The notes: generated by a model not told the origin, from the sequence alone. DNA of 64,000 nucleotides from a virus (IMGVR_UViG_3300002220_000519:21407-85406); one strand, 5' to 3'. Shown: positions 26,338 through 36,127, counted from the first letter of the stretch. Numbers and translations are program-made.

Positions 26338-28164
26338 ATGTCAATAACTAAAATTCGTTCAAGCGCACAGTTCTTTGTGGATGCAGACTTAGCTATAGGC
26401 ACCCATAAAATTACTGGTGTAACAGACCCAACAGCCGCACAAGATGCAGCTACTAAAGCCTATGTAGATAGTAAAGTACAGGGCGTAGAGTGGCAAGATT
26501 CTGTACTAGATAAAGACTTGCTAACTCCTCCTGTGACGCCGACTACTGGTAACCGTTATATTATTAATGGTACTGGAACAGATGCTTGGGCTGCACACGA
26601 TTATGATATAGCAGAGTGGAGTGGAACTGCCTGGGTATTTACTGCAGAGCGAGAAGGCCTTGCTGCGTGGGTAGAAGATGAAAACATCATATATATTTAC
26701 AATGGCACTACCTGGGTTAAGATGGCCGCGGTTTCTAACCACAATGACTTATCTGGCATATCAGGCGGCGCTTCTAATGACTACTACCACCTTACTCAAG
26801 TCCAGCACACTGACTTGACAGATGGCGGCAATACTACTCTACACGCCCACAATATATACCTCCCTCTTACAGGCGGGACAATGTCTGGTGATATCACTAT
26901 GGCTGAGGATGGTCATATTGGTCTTACAAATGCGCTAGTACATTTTAACTCTAGTAGTTCTGTAGTAGAAGTTAATAATGCTTTAAGTGTTGGTACGAGC
27001 CTTATAGTAAATGACGGCGGCGGTGACTACGATTCCCGTTTTGAGGGGCTCAATGACGAAAATTTAGTTTTTGTGGATGCTAGCGCAGATATGGTTGGTT
27101 TTGGTAAGAACAACCCAGGAACCAAAGTAGACGTCAATGGTACAATAACATCTACAGGGCTTGCTGTTACTGACTATATAAGATTTGATACCACTACAGA
27201 TACAACTACAGTTGGGTATCTTGCTGGAACTGTAAGTACAGGAAACGGCAATTCTTTCTTTGGTGAGAGGGCCGGTAATGCTAATACAACAGGAGAGGCT
27301 AATACAGCTATTGGTGTTGCGGCACTAGAGAACAACTCAGGTGGAAGTTATAATATAGGCATAGGCAGCAATTCAATTAACTCTAATATTTCCGGCAACA
27401 ATAACCTGGCAATAGGTGTAAATACGCTGCGCTATACTACTTCAAGTGATAATGTGTCTGTAGGTCACGCCTCTACTTATTTAACTAGCACCGGCTCTTC
27501 TAATACTGTAGTCGGTGTACAAGCTCTTTATTATAGCACAGTAGGCAGTAAAAATGCTATATTTGGTTATAGAGCGGGCCACGGTGTAACTAGCAACTCG
27601 TTTAGTAACAATGCATTATTTGGTTATGGCGCTGGTATCGCGTTGACAACAGGTTCTAATAATATTTTCTTAGGTTATCAGGCCGGTGATGCCACCACTG
27701 CTGGCTCTGGAAACATTGTAATAGGTTATGATATTGATACACCGCTGGCAACAGATAGCAATAAACTAAACATAGGCGGAGCTATAACAGGAGATTTAAG
27801 TACAGGCGCCCTTTCCATATTTGGACAACTTGCCTCAACCTTGGCTATTGGCACCTCCCCATTTTCAATTACATCTACTACAGTAAATACTAATCTTAAT
27901 GCTGATTTGCTAGACGGTAAACACGCAGCTGACCTTCTATTAGTAACAGGTTTTGTAAATCGTGAAGTTCCTTCTGGCCTTAAGAATGGCTCTAACGTAA
28001 CTTATACTTTAGCAAATACACCAACATCAGGTACCGAAATGCTTTACCTAAATGGTATTTTACAGAATGCGGGCGGAGAGGACTATACCATTACAACTAA
28101 TACAATTACAATGACATCGGCGCCTATATCTACTGATGTCTTACTATGCACTTATTGGAAGTAA
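26338..28164 (+). CDS. Tail fibre/spike-like protein
   Basis: KITGVTDPTAAQDAATKAYVD, a DUF2793-like WxGxxWxF segment, and YadA-like NTAIGxxAL..N..G repeats. Confidence 0.75.
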   Translation: MSITKIRSSAQFFVDADLAIGTHKITGVTDPTAAQDAATKAYVDSKVQGVEWQDSVLDKDLLTPPVTPTTGNRYIINGTGTDAWAAHDYDIAEWSGTAWVFTAEREGLAAWVEDENIIYIYNGTTWVKMAAVSNHNDLSGISGGASNDYYHLTQVQHTDLTDGGNTTLHAHNIYLPLTGGTMSGDITMAEDGHIGLTNALVHFNSSSSVVEVNNALSVGTSLIVNDGGGDYDSRFEGLNDENLVFVDASADMVGFGKNNPGTKVDVNGTITSTGLAVTDYIRFDTTTDTTTVGYLAGTVSTGNGNSFFGERAGNANTTGEANTAIGVAALENNSGGSYNIGIGSNSINSNISGNNNLAIGVNTLRYTTSSDNVSVGHASTYLTSTGSSNTVVGVQALYYSTVGSKNAIFGYRAGHGVTSNSFSNNALFGYGAGIALTTGSNNIFLGYQAGDATTAGSGNIVIGYDIDTPLATDSNKLNIGGAITGDLSTGALSIFGQLASTLAIGTSPFSITSTTVNTNLNADLLDGKHAADLLLVTGFVNREVPSGLKNGSNVTYTLANTPTSGTEMLYLNGILQNAGGEDYTITTNTITMTSAPISTDVLLCTYWK

Positions 28165-28168
28165 TACA

Positions 28169-30652
28169 ATGGCGATAACTAGACCAAGAGCAGACCAAAT
28201 AGGTTCTGGTAATATTGTAAATACAGAGTTCGAGTTTATTGATACTCTGGACCAGAACATAGGTAAAGATGATAGTGTACAGTTTGCTGGCCTTACCATC
28301 ACCCCCTCCAGTGGAACAACTGCAGCTATTATCAACTCTAATAGTGAAGATTACGATACTATCATCCGCGGAGATACAGATGACAATCTATTATTTGTCA
28401 ATGCTGGTACAGATAGAGTTGGCTTTGGCCTAAATAATCCGGCAGCAAAAGTTGACATCTACCACGCTACAACAGCCGATGCAGCCACTGTCTATGACAC
28501 AGTTTTACAATCTTCAGTAAACACCAACTCTATAAACGCTGGGGTTGCTAATAACTATGGTTTTACAGGACAAGCATATGGTGGTTCTGATGGTGCGGGT
28601 TCTTCTACAGTAAACATTGGTGGTAACTTTAATGCCTTTGGTGCTGTCGGAACAAATAGCGGTTTAGTATCAAACAGAGCAATACAATGTTGGGCTGCTA
28701 ATGGAGACTCAAACTACGCTATCTATGTATCTGCTGGCGATATTTACTCTGAGGCTGGAAATTTAAGTTTAGTGTCTGGTGGTATTAATGTAAGTACATC
28801 AGTAGTAGCTGGAACATACCTAAGAGCTCCTGACATTAACTCGGTAGGTAATACTAACTTAAAATTCAATATTGGTGGATACCCCAATGAAACATGGGTA
28901 TATACAGATGCGACAAACCACAACGATGAAGTACTGTGGACGCGTAGAACATGGAAAGGTGATGTTAGGGTTTCAAAGACAGACTCTATTGGAAGTATAA
29001 CTGAGTCTGCCGGAACTTGCTATGGGTACTACCCATACTTTAATGACTCTAGCTACTATGGTGGTGCTTATGATGGTGGCCAGCTGTATATTCCGCATAT
29101 AGCAAACGGACTAGTGTTCTGCGACAATGACAGCCCGTATAATATCTGGGCGGCATTTGATGGAACTACAGGGTACCTTCTACTAGATAATGACCCCTGG
29201 AACATGATTCACGCTAGGTATAAGCTAGATGTGAACGGTACGCTGCGCCTTCAAGGAACGAACCAACTAGCTTTCGGAGGAGATACAACCTCTGACCGCA
29301 GTTCCTATATCTATGACGATGGAACAGCCATAATAGTAAACAGTCACGGAACTGACCAAATAACTATGGGTGTTCCTGGCGAGCCGTTAAGAATCAAGGG
29401 TAGTGCCGGACAGTGTGTTGGATTTTGGAATAGTTCAGATGCCCTAATGGGGTTGATTGGAGACATCTGGAACAACGGGCAAATGACTGTACTGTCCAAC
29501 ACTGCGCCAATCGTACTATATACAACCGGGGCCAAATTAGAAGCTACCCCGGCTGGAAGTGTTGGGATAGGAACTGTAAACGAAGCAATACCTGCCGGCT
29601 TGTTTTGTGTGTTTCAGCCTACTGCCTGTGTTGGGACTGTCTCTACTGCCGAAACTACTGCCCTTATTGGCGTTGGAACCCACTTTGATACAACGTTAAA
29701 AGCCGGAGACACTATTACAGTTGACGGAGAGACCGTAAGAACGGTGGCCTCGGTAACTGACGCTACTAATCTGGACGTGACAGTTGCTTTCGATAATACC
29801 GCCTCAGATAAAACATATACTACTGGAGGCGGAATACGTTTTCAAGTAAATGGTAACGGGACTATATATGCTGGAGCTGCTGGCGCTCCTTTGTATACTT
29901 ACGGTTCTGCTGTATTTAATGAAAGCGGCGGAGATAACGACTTTACTGTTAAAGGAGATACAGACGACCACCTGCTCTGGTGCGATGCCGATGAAGACGC
30001 GGTATGGAGCGGAGCTACTAGCAATCCTTACGGCGGAACACAGAAGTGGTATATTCAGGAGTCCTCAAAAAACGCTTGCGTTAGGTGTGTTTGCACTTCT
30101 GACACTTGGGCTTATGGGCTATCAGCTTTAGCCGGGCACTCTAATGACGGTGTAACTGGTTACTGCGTTGGCTTTAACGCACAGGCTTCTTCACACGCCT
30201 CTAACTCTGGAGAAGGAAACAGCATTGGAGCGAATCTTGTTGCTAACGGTGTTGCTGATGGTTCTGGCTCTACAGTATATAATAAAGGTATAAGCGCTAC
30301 TGCAAACGGAGAGCCAACAAATAGCGGCACAATCGTCAACTACGGTGGTTATTTTTCGGCCACAGGTGGAACCACAAACTACGGCGTGTATATCCAAGCT
30401 GGCGGTCTTACGATTGAGTCTGGCGATATTGTCGTATCGTCTGGAGACGTTAAGTTATCTGGAGTCATAAAAATTGACAACGTTCAGATTCTAAAAGAAC
30501 AGCAGTCTCACATAGCTGACTTAAAGACCGACTACACTACTGGAGACTTGGATACAGAAGCTGAGTTAATAACTGCCCTTAACACAACTAACGGAAAAAT
30601 CAACGCTATTCTGGCCATGTTAGAAACTCACGGTCTGGTAGCGAGCTCTTAG
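28169..30652 (+). CDS. Tail fibre-like protein
   Basis: Gly/Asn/Thr-rich beta repeats; two N..xDxDxx.GDTDxxL modules; probable start ATG 28169. Confidence 0.7.
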   Translation: MAITRPRADQIGSGNIVNTEFEFIDTLDQNIGKDDSVQFAGLTITPSSGTTAAIINSNSEDYDTIIRGDTDDNLLFVNAGTDRVGFGLNNPAAKVDIYHATTADAATVYDTVLQSSVNTNSINAGVANNYGFTGQAYGGSDGAGSSTVNIGGNFNAFGAVGTNSGLVSNRAIQCWAANGDSNYAIYVSAGDIYSEAGNLSLVSGGINVSTSVVAGTYLRAPDINSVGNTNLKFNIGGYPNETWVYTDATNHNDEVLWTRRTWKGDVRVSKTDSIGSITESAGTCYGYYPYFNDSSYYGGAYDGGQLYIPHIANGLVFCDNDSPYNIWAAFDGTTGYLLLDNDPWNMIHARYKLDVNGTLRLQGTNQLAFGGDTTSDRSSYIYDDGTAIIVNSHGTDQITMGVPGEPLRIKGSAGQCVGFWNSSDALMGLIGDIWNNGQMTVLSNTAPIVLYTTGAKLEATPAGSVGIGTVNEAIPAGLFCVFQPTACVGTVSTAETTALIGVGTHFDTTLKAGDTITVDGETVRTVASVTDATNLDVTVAFDNTASDKTYTTGGGIRFQVNGNGTIYAGAAGAPLYTYGSAVFNESGGDNDFTVKGDTDDHLLWCDADEDAVWSGATSNPYGGTQKWYIQESSKNACVRCVCTSDTWAYGLSALAGHSNDGVTGYCVGFNAQASSHASNSGEGNSIGANLVANGVADGSGSTVYNKGISATANGEPTNSGTIVNYGGYFSATGGTTNYGVYIQAGGLTIESGDIVVSSGDVKLSGVIKIDNVQILKEQQSHIADLKTDYTTGDLDTEAELITALNTTNGKINAILAMLETHGLVASS

Positions 30653-30655
30653 GCC

Positions 30656-30684
30656 TTGACTTTAGTACAGATTTATGGTATAAT
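30656..30684 (+). promoter_or_regulatory. Consensus sigma70 promoter with extended -10
   Basis: TTGACT-17 bp-TATAAT with TGG. Confidence 0.8.
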
Positions 30685-30713
30685 TGGGTAACTTAATGAG
30701 GAGGAGGAGGAAC

Positions 30714-30893
30714 ATGGAGAACTTAGTAATTACAGGTAGCGAAAAGACAATTAAGAATGCTGTTCTATTCTTAGAGCGAGCATCCCTACACGGTAACGAA
30801 GTAGTAGCATTTAACGAAGTGCTTAATATGATACTGGCTGCCAAACCTTTATCTAAGTTTGTAGCAGAGTTACCAAAAGAACCAAAGGTATAG
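30714..30893 (+). CDS. Small protein after the fibre genes (possible fibre chaperone)
   Basis: RBS GAGGAGG; position after the fibre genes. Confidence 0.5.
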   Translation: MENLVITGSEKTIKNAVLFLERASLHGNEVVAFNEVLNMILAAKPLSKFVAELPKEPKV

Positions 30894-30900
30894 GTCTACT

Positions 30901-30974
30901 GCGGCCCTAGCACAATGGTAGTGCATTAGCTTGCCATGTTAACTACATGGGTTCGATTCCCATGGGCCGCTCCA
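30901..30974 (+). tRNA. trnG: tRNA-Gly (GCC), CCA encoded
   Basis: Acceptor GCGGCCC/GGGCCGC, loop TTGCCAT, U73 discriminator, CCA. Confidence 0.92.
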
Positions 30975-30991
30975 TAACTTAAGGAGCCGTA

Positions 30992-31192
30992 ATGTTTAAA
31001 CGTGCATCTGTAGACAAGAATAACGTACATTGGATAACTGTTACTTGCTCTGTTTGTCATAAAGAGGAAACATTTGGAACTACAGCCTCTTGGACAGATG
31101 AAGAGATAACTGGTCTTATATCAAGATTTGGCTGGTCACAAAACCCAGAAGTGTGTACTAGATGTAAGCGTAAACAAGAGCAGATACCATAA
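30992..31192 (+). CDS. Small Zn-finger protein
   Basis: CSVC...GW...CTRC; RBS AAGGAG. Confidence 0.6.
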   Translation: MFKRASVDKNNVHWITVTCSVCHKEETFGTTASWTDEEITGLISRFGWSQNPEVCTRCKRKQEQIP

Positions 31193-31205
31193 TTTAGGAC
31201 AGATT

Positions 31206-31691
31206 ATGCCAATTTGCAAAAAATGTGGTAGTCATTTTACATGGCGAATTATTATAGACGGAAAAAAGCGACTACTAGCAAAACGAAAATATTGTCTAGT
31301 ATGTTCACCTTTTGGCCAGCACAACACACGTCGACTATGTAACTGTAGTGAAACATCGTGTGGACTGCATACAGAGAGAATGTGCCCACAGTGTGGAAAG
31401 CCTACTCATAAACTGAGAGGGGTTTGTGGAAGTTGTGATGTAACCAATTTTAGAAAACGACGTCGCGAAGCTTCTATAGCGTATAAGGGCGGTAGATGTG
31501 TTGCATGTGGTTATGATAGATGTCACGATTCATTAGAGTTTCATCATCGAGACCCAAGTAAAAAGAGTTTTGGCCTTAGTGTTGGTATTCCACATACTGA
31601 AGAAAAGGAAATATCCCATATAATAAAGGACATAAGACTGGAAGACATAAGTCATGGGACATTAGCTACCCACTTGAGTCTGTTTTTGTAG
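31206..31691 (+). pseudogene. HNH endonuclease truncated after the first His motif
   Basis: YKGGRCVACGYDRCHDSLEFHHRDPSKKSFGLS; the expected LLCANCH half is missing. Confidence 0.65.
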
Positions 31692-31930
31692 AAAATTCCA
31701 CTTACCCGCGGCATAGTCTTAAAAAACGAATTATAGACAATAGTTTGCCACCAGTTCGTTGCGCTATTTGTGGTAGTGAGCCGCTGTGGCTAGGAAAACC
31801 AATGCCACTAATATTAGATCATATCAATGGAATAAACAACGACAATAGGTTAGAAAATCTACGATTCGTGTGTAGTAACTGTGACTCACAGTTACCAACA
31901 TACAAAGGCAAGAACAGAAAGTATAAGTAG
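31601..31930 (+). pseudogene. 5'-truncated second HNH endonuclease
   Basis: Frame open from 31601 after a TGA: KGNIPYNKG..NSTYPRHSLKKRII..CAICG..LILDHINGINNDNRLENLRFVCSNCDSQ. Confidence 0.7.
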
Positions 31931-31942
31931 GCACTCGTTAAT

Positions 31943-32033
31943 AGAAGCGTGGGTGAGTGGTTAAAACCAACGGCTTTGAAACCCGTAGGTCTCTTATTAA
32001 GACCCGAAAGTTCAAATCTTTCCGCTTCTGCCA
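31943..32033 (+). tRNA. trnS: tRNA-Ser (TGA), CCA encoded
   Basis: Acceptor AGAAGCG/CGCTTCT, G73, long variable arm GGTCT/AGACC. Confidence 0.9.
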
Positions 32034-32044
32034 ATAGAATCTTT

Positions 32045-32073
32045 TTGAAAATCACAAGTATTTGTGGTATAAT
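32045..32073 (+). promoter_or_regulatory. sigma70 promoter with extended -10
   Basis: TTGAAA-17 bp-TATAAT with TGG. Confidence 0.75.
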
Positions 32074-32098
32074 TAGATACAACAACTAAGGAGATAAA

Positions 32099-32587
32099 AT
32101 GGCTGTAACAACTACTCCAGTAGCGCTAAAGCCAAACACGCCAGACCGCCTAGCGCTAACCAACAAAGCAAAAGCTATAACACCGTGGCCAACCTTTTCT
32201 TGGAGATGTGCTGAACCTGATACAATTGAGTACTTTTCATTAAGAATACTTAGACTTGGACCACTGGACCCTATACTAGTTGCTGAGTATCAGATAACAG
32301 ATGGTGAGGTGCGCGTATATAAACCATTTGAGGCTATTCCTGCGTGTTTACCTCCAGCCTCATCTACCCCAGACTATCTGTCCAACTATTATTCTTGGTC
32401 AATATGTGCTAAAGCCACAGATAAAGACGAAAGTCCTTATAGTAATAGCCAGACATTCTATGTTAGTGACGCTATTACACTATTAGTTTCAAAAGAGACA
32501 CTTTCGAAAACTGTAACACGTGATGGTGAAACAAGAAGGCTAAAGAGTAAGAGCACAGTACGTAGGCCAGCTACTAGATCAGACTAA
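32099..32587 (+). CDS. Fibronectin-III/Ig-like domain protein
   Basis: PTFSW..Y.LRI..YYSWSICAK..ESPYSNSQTF pattern; RBS AAGGAG. Confidence 0.6.
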   Translation: MAVTTTPVALKPNTPDRLALTNKAKAITPWPTFSWRCAEPDTIEYFSLRILRLGPLDPILVAEYQITDGEVRVYKPFEAIPACLPPASSTPDYLSNYYSWSICAKATDKDESPYSNSQTFYVSDAITLLVSKETLSKTVTRDGETRRLKSKSTVRRPATRSD

Positions 32588-32772
32588 TGGATGAAGCAGA
32601 TAAACTAGCATTTGATATTTTCGCCATTGAATTCGCTATAGACGATATGCGACGCCAGGCTGTGCAGGCCCGCAAGGATAACCAGCCCTTCATCGTTACC
32701 TTATCTTGGGACGGTAATGATCTAGACAATAAATTTAAGCTTACAAAACGGTGGGATGGCCGAGAGGTTTAA
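32587..32772 (+). CDS. Hypothetical protein whose 3' end overlaps tRNA-Ser
   Basis: TAATG coupling with the upstream gene. Confidence 0.45.
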   Translation: MDEADKLAFDIFAIEFAIDDMRRQAVQARKDNQPFIVTLSWDGNDLDNKFKLTKRWDGREV

Positions 32773-32834
32773 GGCGCCGCTCTGCTAAGGCGGAAATCAT
32801 TCGTGATTCCAAAGTTCGAATCTTTGTCCCACCG
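32750..32834 (+). tRNA. trnS: tRNA-Ser (GCT), no encoded CCA
   Basis: Acceptor GGTGGGA/TCCCACC, loop CTGCTAA, variable arm AATCA-TTCG-TGATT. Confidence 0.9.
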
Positions 32835-32848
32835 CAGTTAGGAGAACT

Positions 32849-33400
32849 ACGGGGCAAGTACGCTGTGACATATGTAGATCTTTTGGGTCTAGTATAAAAG
32901 CATCATGTTTTACACTGTGTTCTAAGTGTATCAGTAGAGTAAAAGTTACAAAAGACTATGTTTACAGGACAAAGGTATATAATCGTAGTAAAACTCAAGC
33001 CTCTGCTAGAACTGCACTGAAGAAGCTTGTTTCACCTGTCTTAGAGGAAGTTTACTTTTCTTGGTCGCGAAACCCTGAGACACAAGCAATGCTACCATAT
33101 GATTTTTATCTACCATCTCTTAATTTAGTAATTGAAATACAAGGCGCAGAGCACTATGAGTTTATACCAGTATTTCATGGAACTGAACAGGGATTTATAA
33201 ATAGACAGCTAATAGACCATCTAAAAGAAAGCTTTGCTGAAGATAATGACTATAATTATCTTGCAGTTGATGGGAGACAAACCATAACAAAGCTATCCCT
33301 TGTACACCTATTAAAAGAGTGGACACAGCATGCTAAATTTAGACGAAGCTTACCAACTAGCCGAAAGACTGGACGACTCTACGGCGCCGAAATGGACTAA
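32849..33400 (+). CDS. PD-(D/E)XK (Vsr/DUF559-like) endonuclease with N-terminal Zn finger; ACG at the apparent start
   Basis: LPYDFYLPSLNLVIEIQGAEHY; frame open from ACG 32849 (after RBS AGGAG) encoding CDIC..CSKC. Confidence 0.65.
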   Translation, partial: TGQVRCDICRSFGSSIKASCFTLCSKCISRVKVTKDYVYRTKVYNRSKTQASARTALKKLVSPVLEEVYFSWSRNPETQAMLPYDFYLPSLNLVIEIQGAEHYEFIPVFHGTEQGFINRQLIDHLKESFAEDNDYNYLAVDGRQTITKLSLVHLLKEWTQHAKFRRSLPTSRKTGRLYGAEMD

Positions 33401-33527
33401 AGAAGGCGACTGTAGAAAACTACTAGATAATGTTAAGTTTTTTGTCGATCATTTTGGAAGGAACTGCCCAACAGCACAAAAATGCCTGACTTTATTAAAC
33501 CAAGAATTGAAACACTCGCAACAATAG
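33330..33527 (+). CDS. Hypothetical protein
   Basis: 65-aa ORF overlapping both neighbours. Confidence 0.35.
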   Translation: MLNLDEAYQLAERLDDSTAPKWTKEGDCRKLLDNVKFFVDHFGRNCPTAQKCLTLLNQELKHSQQ

Positions 33528-34300
33528 ACGGTGCCGAGGAGATTTCAAGGATAGCCGCAGATGAAGAGGAAATAACACTGATGCAGGCTGTCAAGGAGTT
33601 TCCTGGGCTTGCTGCATTTGAGTACCTCCCACCCGCGTACTTAGAAAACTATAGACTTCAGCGCTATGAGGCAAAGAAATTAGTTGATCAGATTACACTT
33701 CGGGTTGTACGTACTAGTAGTGCTGTACCAATGTTATGCACTGGCCCTGCGTGTCAAGTACGCCATATTTGTTCGTTGAGGGAAGTACGTGAGCCAAATA
33801 AGACCTTTGAGTTCCCAACTGGGTCTCCTTGCCCAGTTGAGGCTAGTCTAATAGAGCTATGGCGTACTGATTATTATAGAACGCTTAAAATTGATCTACA
33901 GGATAAGATAGAACGCGACCGGATTGAGGAACTTCTTGAGATTGACCTAACTATGTGGTATATAGCCGGTGTTGTTGCCGCAAAAGGGCATACAATAGAG
34001 AGTACAGTTGGAGCTACCAGTTCTGGTATGCCACTATTTAAAACAGAACTAAACCCTCTTCTTGACGCTAAGGATAGGGCAGCTAAGCGTAAAGATAAAA
34101 TATTAGATGAATTAATTGCAACTAGAGAAGCCAAAGAGAAATCCATGCTACGTAAAGCTAAAGCCCAACTAATGGATAAGACAAATAAGGATTGGTTTGC
34201 ACAATTAGAGAAAAAGGCGGTGGCTGGTGGGATTGAAATAGTTAAGTCACCCGTTGAAATAGCTGAGGCCGCCAAACAAATACCGGAGAAAACTGAATAA
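33482..34300 (+). CDS. Putative terminase small subunit
   Basis: Cys cluster (CTGPAC..C..CPVE) followed by helical NPLLDAKDRAAKRKDKILDELIATRE; position upstream of terL. Assignment rests on context. Confidence 0.45.
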   Translation: MPDFIKPRIETLATIDGAEEISRIAADEEEITLMQAVKEFPGLAAFEYLPPAYLENYRLQRYEAKKLVDQITLRVVRTSSAVPMLCTGPACQVRHICSLREVREPNKTFEFPTGSPCPVEASLIELWRTDYYRTLKIDLQDKIERDRIEELLEIDLTMWYIAGVVAAKGHTIESTVGATSSGMPLFKTELNPLLDAKDRAAKRKDKILDELIATREAKEKSMLRKAKAQLMDKTNKDWFAQLEKKAVAGGIEIVKSPVEIAEAAKQIPEKTE

Positions 34301-34962
34301 TGCCTAATACTAGTGGCATAGCTGGTAGTTGGTTTAGTGCATTTAGGCCAGCAAACTTTAAGCCGTTTCTTACCGACGTTGCTTCTAGGTGGGCTAATGA
34401 TGAAAGTAAAGCGTCGTTCTGGAAGTATGCTAAGGCGCGATCTATGAAGTGGCTTAGCGACGCAACCCATTTTGAAAAGTTTCTTGCGACTGAAGCTGCC
34501 ACTGCGTGGATGGGCCCCGTAGGTGAGGGTATTCAGTTAAACATGTTGCACAAACTTGGTGTAACTGGAACAAGTACCTCGTTAAAGGGGGCACAAGGTT
34601 TAGCTGTAGGAGCTTTAACCGCTACAGCATATGCAGGTGTTGGTTTAGGAATATATCGGGGTGTCCGTAGTGCTCTTGTAACCGAGGAAAAAGAACCCCC
34701 GCGCTACAATGCAATGTATAGCAAGATGCATGCTATGAATTATGGCCAACCGTTCTTTGGGTCTGGCGCTAAAACTAAAGATATATTAGAATATGGAGAG
34801 ATGGCACTACGACGATTATCGGGTGCCAGCAGTGCAAAGCGTACAGTTACAATTAACCCGCAACTTGGTGGTCTTCCACAGACGTTAAACCGAGACGCAA
34901 ACACCCATCATCTTATTGGCCGGGCAGCTCAAGACTTCAACGCCAGGTTATTTAGGTTTTAA
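34300..34962 (+). CDS. Gly/Ala-rich putative internal virion protein
   Basis: Amphipathic helices and one hydrophobic Gly/Ala segment. Confidence 0.55.
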   Translation: MPNTSGIAGSWFSAFRPANFKPFLTDVASRWANDESKASFWKYAKARSMKWLSDATHFEKFLATEAATAWMGPVGEGIQLNMLHKLGVTGTSTSLKGAQGLAVGALTATAYAGVGLGIYRGVRSALVTEEKEPPRYNAMYSKMHAMNYGQPFFGSGAKTKDILEYGEMALRRLSGASSAKRTVTINPQLGGLPQTLNRDANTHHLIGRAAQDFNARLFRF

Positions 34963-34964
34963 TT

Positions 34965-36119
34965 ATGGCTTATACTCAAGAGGAAAAGAGGAATAGCGGC
35001 GGCCTTGGTGCCGGTCTATCCCTTTTAGGGATTGCTGGACTAAGTGCGCACTATGGTGTACCCGCACTAGATAAGTGGGCGGCCGGTGGAAGAAGACGCA
35101 CTGTATCTTGGCCTGGTCTACGTAATTTGCCTCGAATGGCAAGAGACGCCGCTGTAGGTGGTGCTTTTGGTGCGAGAATGAATCTTGATTCAGCTACACG
35201 CTCTGCAATGGGAGCCGGGATCCGCGGCCGCGATTTTGCTATCGGGGTGGGCCGGAGCGCCGCCGCAGGTTATAGGCGCGCCGGAGAACTTGTAGGTGAT
35301 GTAGGGCGTGGAATCTATTCTGCTGGCCTTGGTGCCGCCAATATATATAATAGAGGAATGGAGCGCCTAGACGATGCGGGCCGGTGGGTCAATTACGCCG
35401 GTACTGGTGCTATAAACGCTGCTAGGGCGCTACCACAAAATACTATGCGGCTGGCTAGCCGTGTCGGTAAGCGTGCTTCAGCTGCCGCGAAAGGGAACTG
35501 GAAGTCGACCGTAACTGGTTGGAAAGCATCACTAAATAGAATTAAGGGGGTGCCTAGTTTAGCTAGTCGCGCTGTTCGTTCTGGAATTAGTAGTTTTGGT
35601 AGAGCAACTAGAGCAGCAGTAGCAGGACCGCAGTGGCCAACGACTGCACAGCTACGTAATGTAGCGTACTCTAGGGCAAATATGACTGGAGCTGGCGTAC
35701 TTAATAAAATAAGTGATAGTGTGGCTTCCGCCGGCCGGGGAGCAGTTAGTGCGTTTACTAAGTCAGCACTATGGAAAGGCGGCTCGTTTAGTTTCGGTGG
35801 CGGCGCAAATATTGGAAGACAACTCGTTTCTGGGGCAGCCAAGGCCCCACTAGCCGGGGTAGGCTTAATGGGTAGTAAGGGGTTTGCGATCGGTGGTGCT
35901 ATTGCAGCAGCCGGACTTGGTATTGTTGCTGGTGCATCCATGGCAATGTTGGCAGTAAACCCGCGTATGGGAAGAGGGACTGCATATTCTCCACCGATGC
36001 AATCTGTTGGCGCTGGTACTCCATTTTTTGCCGCAGCACGTGGCCCAATGCCATCAAATAATTTAGGTACTGCTGGTCTTACCCAGGCGTTGTACAACAC
36101 CCGCCACAAGCAGCACTAG
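34965..36119 (+). CDS. Gly/Ala/Arg-rich basic putative internal virion protein
   Basis: 384 aa, no Cys, few acidic residues, hydrophobic segments near both ends. Confidence 0.55.
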   Translation: MAYTQEEKRNSGGLGAGLSLLGIAGLSAHYGVPALDKWAAGGRRRTVSWPGLRNLPRMARDAAVGGAFGARMNLDSATRSAMGAGIRGRDFAIGVGRSAAAGYRRAGELVGDVGRGIYSAGLGAANIYNRGMERLDDAGRWVNYAGTGAINAARALPQNTMRLASRVGKRASAAAKGNWKSTVTGWKASLNRIKGVPSLASRAVRSGISSFGRATRAAVAGPQWPTTAQLRNVAYSRANMTGAGVLNKISDSVASAGRGAVSAFTKSALWKGGSFSFGGGANIGRQLVSGAAKAPLAGVGLMGSKGFAIGGAIAAAGLGIVAGASMAMLAVNPRMGRGTAYSPPMQSVGAGTPFFAAARGPMPSNNLGTAGLTQALYNTRHKQH

Positions 36120-36127
36120 GAGCATAG

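Noticed and set aside
33874-36109. Long antisense ORFs (33874-34470, 35393-36109) and similar shadow ORFs elsewhere
   Set aside because: They mirror real plus-strand genes, lack an RBS and have no recognisable motifs.
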